In this document: positions 58,207 through 64,000 of the stretch, piece after piece | Position numbering within the stretch: the stretch's first letter is position 1 | How the letters are laid out: each line of letters starts with the position of its first letter | Assembly: GCF_009914755.1 (NCBI RefSeq) | Contig: NC_060928.1 | Strand: one strand, 5' to 3' | Origin: the human T2T-CHM13v2.0 reference genome, Homo sapiens | Length of the DNA: 64,000 nt | Made by a program: the position numbers and the translations under genes | The notes under the pieces: model-generated | The model's database searches: none | Seen by the model: only the letters and a program-made list of their open reading frames with translations | What the model was told of the DNA's origin: nothing

Positions 58207-59908
58207 TCTGTAACTTCTAATTACTCCCTGATTCACAGAGATTACACTTTCTTCTTCACTCTTCCAATCAACAATTTCACGTTATCAACTTTCTCCAAGG
58301 CCACCAGACCTAACAGCCAAATACTGTAGGCAGCTGGGTCTTTATTATACAGGACTCCTCTGTGGCTTTCAACTATTGTGACTCCCTCTTATAAATTTCC
58401 TTCTTCCTTGATTTCTGAGACACCACTTATCTCGGGTCTTCTTTCACCTTACTATCACTTTGAAGACTCCCTGAGAAACCTTATCCTTACCTGGAATCAA
58501 CTGCCATCTATGTACCTAGGACTTCCAAATCTTTACTCATGATCTCCAGATCAGGACCCTCAAACTGCTGGGCAGATACTTCAAATAAAAGCTTTTCAAA
58601 CTGAAGTTATCTCACCTGTGATACAACCAGTTGCTTCTAAAATCTGAGACCTGTGACAGCACCATCCATCACCTCATAGTACACGTTAGGAACCATAGTG
58701 TCACCCTGGATAATTCCTTTACCTGTAGTAAGTCCAAAAACTTGTTTCCGGTACCTAATATGTCTTGATTTCATCTTTTATGTATCTGTGTCGCTACTGC
58801 CTTAATTCTGACCATCTTCATTCCTCCCCTGAATTATTTCAATAACTTACCGTTGGTCTTTTGGCCATACTCCTAAATAAACTGCCATCCAAAAATCCAT
58901 TCATTACTCTGTCTCAGGAGTTGGCAAACAGAAGTATGGTCACATCCTTCTTTGTCTGGACCTTTAGTTACTCTCCATTTCCTATGGAATGAAATTCCTA
59001 CTCCTAGATATGGCATGGAGGACCGAACTGTCAAAATAATACCCCTGCCTACCTTTTTTATCTTTGCTCTGTTACCTGCCTCTATGGAAGAATGAACTGA
59101 TATGCACAGACACTAGGGAAAAGTTTGGAAAAGACAAAATAAACTGTTGATTTGCCTTTCTCCATGGACCAATAAACCCTTCAGATAATCAAAGATTTCC
59201 TTTGTTGGTTTCAACCTTGTGCATTTGGTATGTCCTGAAAATGTACTTCTTAGGTAGCCTTTTAAGCTAAATATTTCTTGAAAGAGCTGATATAATTCTG
59301 TATGGCAGAATTTGTTAAAGTATTTGTGTAAGGTGTGATTGCTATTTAATCTGATGAAATAAAATAAGTGTATTTTGTTATATTTGTCACAAATATTAGT
59401 TTTTTATGGATATTTGGGAGACAATGAAGGAATAAGACAGACCTTGTTAACTTTTGTTGGTGGCATCATATGTGAAATGCCACCTAACTAGCTAACATGA
59501 CACATGACATTCTACTATACAAATGTCCTCATTTTACCCTAGGGAAAATGACATTCTACTATACAAACGTCCTCATTCTACCCTAACGAAAATGTATCGT
59601 GGAGCATAATGGTAACCCATCCTATCTGCCTGATGGGAAGTGCTGTGAGCAGATGATGTGTCTTATGCATCTTCAGATCCTTGGTATCTGACCACAGAGC
59701 AGCATGAAGGAATTACTTTGTATCTGAATGAGCCCATCAAATGTTGATTGTAATTTTATTCCAGAGTTAGACTCAAACAGCATAATGGTTCAAAATCCCA
59801 CAGGAAGAAAGAGCTGAGAAATATGTTTCAGTGGCTCAGTAACTAAATTTTCAGGTGAAGCATTTGTGGAATTTAGGGGTTGCCAATTCTGCGGCTTCCC
59901 TTTTAGCA

Positions 59909-60212
<304 letters not shown>

Positions 60213-60351
60213 TGAGCATTTAATAGATTAAAATTTACCCTAATACTTAATATATACTTTAAATTATACGCTAAAAAATTTTTTAAAAAAAACATTGTAT
60301 GTATTTTTCACTTGATATTCTTTTTTTTTTTAAACTTTTTTTTAATTACAG

Positions 60352-60556
60352 GAAAGAGAAAAAATACATTGACCGATGCTGGAAAGACGTTACTGTTGGG
60401 GACTTTATTCGCCTCTCCTGCAACGAGGTCATCCCTGCAGACATGGTACTACTCTTTTCCACTGATCCAGATGGAATCTGTCACATTGAGACTTCTGGTC
60501 TTGATGGAGAGAGCAATTTAAAACAGAGGCAGGTGGTTCGGGGATATGCAGAACAG
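60352..60556 (+). CDS. ATP10D: ATP10D exon 4 (actuator domain)
   Basis: ttacag|G AAA GAG...[12 protein letters not shown]...IPADMVLL...[13 protein letters not shown]; donor CAG|GTAAGT; 205 nt; cumulative CDS 690 nt. Confidence 0.97.
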
Positions 60557-61263
60557 GTAAGTCATATGTTCTCAGTTAGTGGCTTATTAACATTTTTTTT
60601 CAGAAGATGACTGAGCTCATTTTCACATTACAGATAAAGAGATTTTTAATTCATTTTCACCAGGATGAAATAGAATCCCAGAAGGTTTCATTCACTTCCA
60701 GATATGAGTGGAAGTATACTCTTTTCTAGATAAGAGGATAAAATGACTTCAGAATTTACACACTTTAGTGTAGCACTCATATTTTTGAGAATGGAATTAA
60801 AGGAACCTAACAGAATTATTTTTCTTAAACTTAGACTTTGTATCTTATTTTTAGTTATCATTATTTCTAAAATCTGTAATTACTTATATACCAAAGCTTA
60901 AAACTTTAGCAGCTTTTCATGCTACATAGCTTTTAGACGCTTCTCAGTATTGTGCAGACGGAAACAGAAACCTTGAAGTTATATTGACATAGGTTTAAAT
61001 GAATCACAACTCTGCTATTAATTTACTGTGAGACTTTGGACAAGTCATTTAAACACTTTATGCCTCAGTTTTATTATCTTAAAATGAAAATGATGGTATC
61101 TACTCTATAGCATTGTTGTAGGATTCAAATGAAATAGTACATATGTTTTCATATGTATTATTTGAATTTCACTATGTATGAAAACAGCATATATAGTGTC
61201 TAAATAGTTTCCCTCCCCTTTCTCTGGAAGCATTTGAGATGAAGTATTTTACAATTTAATGAT

Positions 61264-61565
<302 letters not shown>

Positions 61566-61871
61566 TATTTTTTTTTTAACCCAAACTACTGTTAAGTCAG
61601 GGTTACTCCGTCTTACACTTAGAAACCAAAAAAAGTGGTTTAGCCTACTAATACCTTTATCTTTGGTAAATTTCATCTTGTCATATTGGGCCCACCTCTC
61701 TACCTATGGATTTCATTTAGATCCTCTGTGATTGATATGCCTCCTAGACTACTGTCATTGTCACTTCTGTAAGTAGTCTGGTACCAAAGACATTGTTAAA
61801 AATCCTGCACTACTTAACGTTCTGTTGTACCACTACACACCCACTATGAGTATTAATCAGCAATTAATATT

Positions 61872-61922
61872 TGCATTAAAAGTAATGGCAAAAAGCATGA
61901 CTACTTTTGCACCAGTCTAATA
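61872..61922. mobile_element. Partial MADE1 mariner MITE
   Basis: cattaaaagtaatggcaaaaagcatgactacttttgcaccagtctaata resembles one half of MADE1. Confidence 0.65.
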
Positions 61923-62896
61923 CTAATCAGCACACTGTGCATTCATTAAGGGTGAATCTGGTGACCTCGATTGTAATCCTGCTCTAAACACTTTCTTGTT
62001 TTGAGAACTTTGGCAAATTACTGATCCTCTTTGTGTCTCTTTCCTCATCTGTTAATTAGACCCAATTATTTTAGTACCTACCTCATGGAGTTGTGAAGAA
62101 GAAATTAGCTAATATATTTAAAGTGCATAATAGATTTTAGTGTGTCGAAAGAACTCCATGGATATTGCTCATTAGAAAATAAATCATATCATATAATTCA
62201 CATTTTCATGTTTCCTATTATATACTTATTAATTATGATATATCAATATCAATAGCATTTATCTTACTGGTCAAATGGATATGAAAATAAAAGTAATGAA
62301 ATAAGGTTGATGTGGCTTGTTTCAGGGGAATCCATACCTTAAAGGAGCTATGTCCTACAAAGGCACTTTGCTTATTTGTTCATTGTTTTCATAAAGAATT
62401 CTGAAATTATCTGTCTGATCCATTAGAAAATATTATAGATATTGATGTCTAGTTTATTTTTAAATGTTTTATTTATAAAATTTGGCTGAGATCAAATGCA
62501 TATATTCTCGGAGTGTTCACATATACATTTAATCTCAAAAACCACTTATGTGATTAAAGACCAACAACAAAAGTATTTTCAGTTTTTCAGTGCTTTATTG
62601 ATAAAAAGGTGTTTATAAGTATAAGCTCTCTTCTGGGGAGTCCTGTGTGGATTTCGGTAAATGACTCAGTCATTCCCATCACCTGCAGATGTTTAATAAT
62701 GCCCTAGGACCATTCTGATCCCAAATATGGATCACATGATTATGCCTCTACTTTCCTTCCTTTGGGAAATTCATGATATGAACTTCATTGCAAAAAGGCT
62801 TAGCATTATTTTAAGAATTGATGAAAGTGATAAAACACTTCAATATTAAGGGTTTAACCTTGAATTCTTATTTTGTGATTCAAAAAATATTTTTAG

Positions 62897-62982
62897 GACT
62901 CTGAAGTTGATCCTGAGAAGTTTTCCAGTAGGATAGAATGTGAAAGCCCAAACAATGACCTCAGCAGATTCCGAGGCTTCCT
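62897..62982 (+). CDS. ATP10D: ATP10D exon 5 (DSEVDPEKFSSRIECESPNNDLSRFRGF); absent from the ORF track
   Basis: ttttag|GAC in phase 0 with exon 4; P4-ATPase IECExPNxxLxxFxG motif; donor CT|GTGAGT; 86 nt. Confidence 0.95.
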
Positions 62983-63369
62983 GTGAGTAATACATGATGA
63001 ACATTTGTGGGTGTAAGTGGAATTGTGTGTTGCAATCGTACTTAATTTGATAAAGTGTTTCTGTGCTTATACCCTTGTTAAATCACTAAAGGTCGTAACT
63101 TTAGCCACCTACTAAAATAGTTTGGCTTATTTTAATTATTTAATAAGTATTTATACACACACACATACACATATAATATTCATTCTGGAGGTATCTTGTG
63201 GCATCCATATCCCCTTTGCCAGGGCAGCTAGAATTTGGGGTCCTTACCTAATTTCAGGCATCAGCCCATGAATGCTCTATGGCCTTGAGCCAAGTTATCT
63301 ACCCACTTTGATCCTCAGTTTCCTGATTTTTAAGAGAAGACAATTAGACCTACTTCACAGTGTGAGAAG

Positions 63370-64000
63370 AGCAAAGTTCCCAAATCATTTTTTGAAATGA
63401 GAATTATCCTGATACTATTACCTTGATACCAAAAGCATATAAAGACATTTAATAGAAGACCAATATCCTACATGAGCATAGATGCAAAAATTCCACACAA
63501 AATTATAACAAATCAAATCCAGCTATGTATGAAAATGATAATATATTATGACCCAGTGGGACTTATTCCCCAAAAATCAGGTTTGGTTTAACATTAGAAA
63601 ATAATACAATGTAATTCACCATTCTGGTACTATATTAACAAACCATATTAAACAAATCAAAAGGGAAAAACTAGGTGGTCATCTCATAGATGTAGAAAAA
63701 GCATCTTACAAAATCTAACTTTCATTCCTGCAAACTAGAAGTAGAAGGGAACTTAATCTGATAAAAGGCACCCATGAAAAACCTAGAGCCAGCAGCATAT
63801 TTAATCATGAAATACTTCTCCCCTGAGATCAGGAACAAGACAAGCTTACACTGGAAGGTCTAGCTAGTGTAGTCAGGCAAGAAAAGGAAATGAAAGATAT
63901 CAAACAAGAAAGAAGTAAAACTATCTTTTATTCACAGATGGTATAATGTTCTTTGTAGAAAATCTGATGAAATCTCCAAAAAACTACTAGAAATAATGAG
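63370..64000 (+). mobile_element. Old L1M ORF2 (RT region) fragment, degenerate
   Basis: ccttgataccaaaa...catagatgcaaaaatt...catctcatagatgtagaaaaagcat...atcaggaacaagacaag...ttattcacagatgg. Confidence 0.85.

Overview
Primate (most likely human) genomic DNA. Two genes diverge about 21.5 kb apart, each with its own GC-rich promoter. COMMD8 is on the minus strand (coding exon 1 at 936-1001). ATP10D, a P4-type ATPase lipid flippase, is on the plus strand: non-coding exon 1 ends at 22861, followed by coding exons 49881-50170, 52816-53010, 60352-60556 and 62897-62982, all joining in frame. ATP10D intron 1 holds an antisense processed RPL21 pseudogene. Most of the rest is Alu, L1, L2/MIR, LTR and DNA-transposon remnants. 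The most unusual structure is an intergenic cassette at 18383-18622. Inverted repeats of 31 bp (30/31 identical) flank a 120-bp segment carrying a Kozak ATG and 38 open codons. The frame reads through either arm, so inverting the segment would swap the C-terminus and strand (95 aa now, 67 aa flipped). The ATP10D leader also has a chain of overlapping uORFs ending in an ATGA overlap with the main start. Gene and repeat names are from recall, not from a database search.
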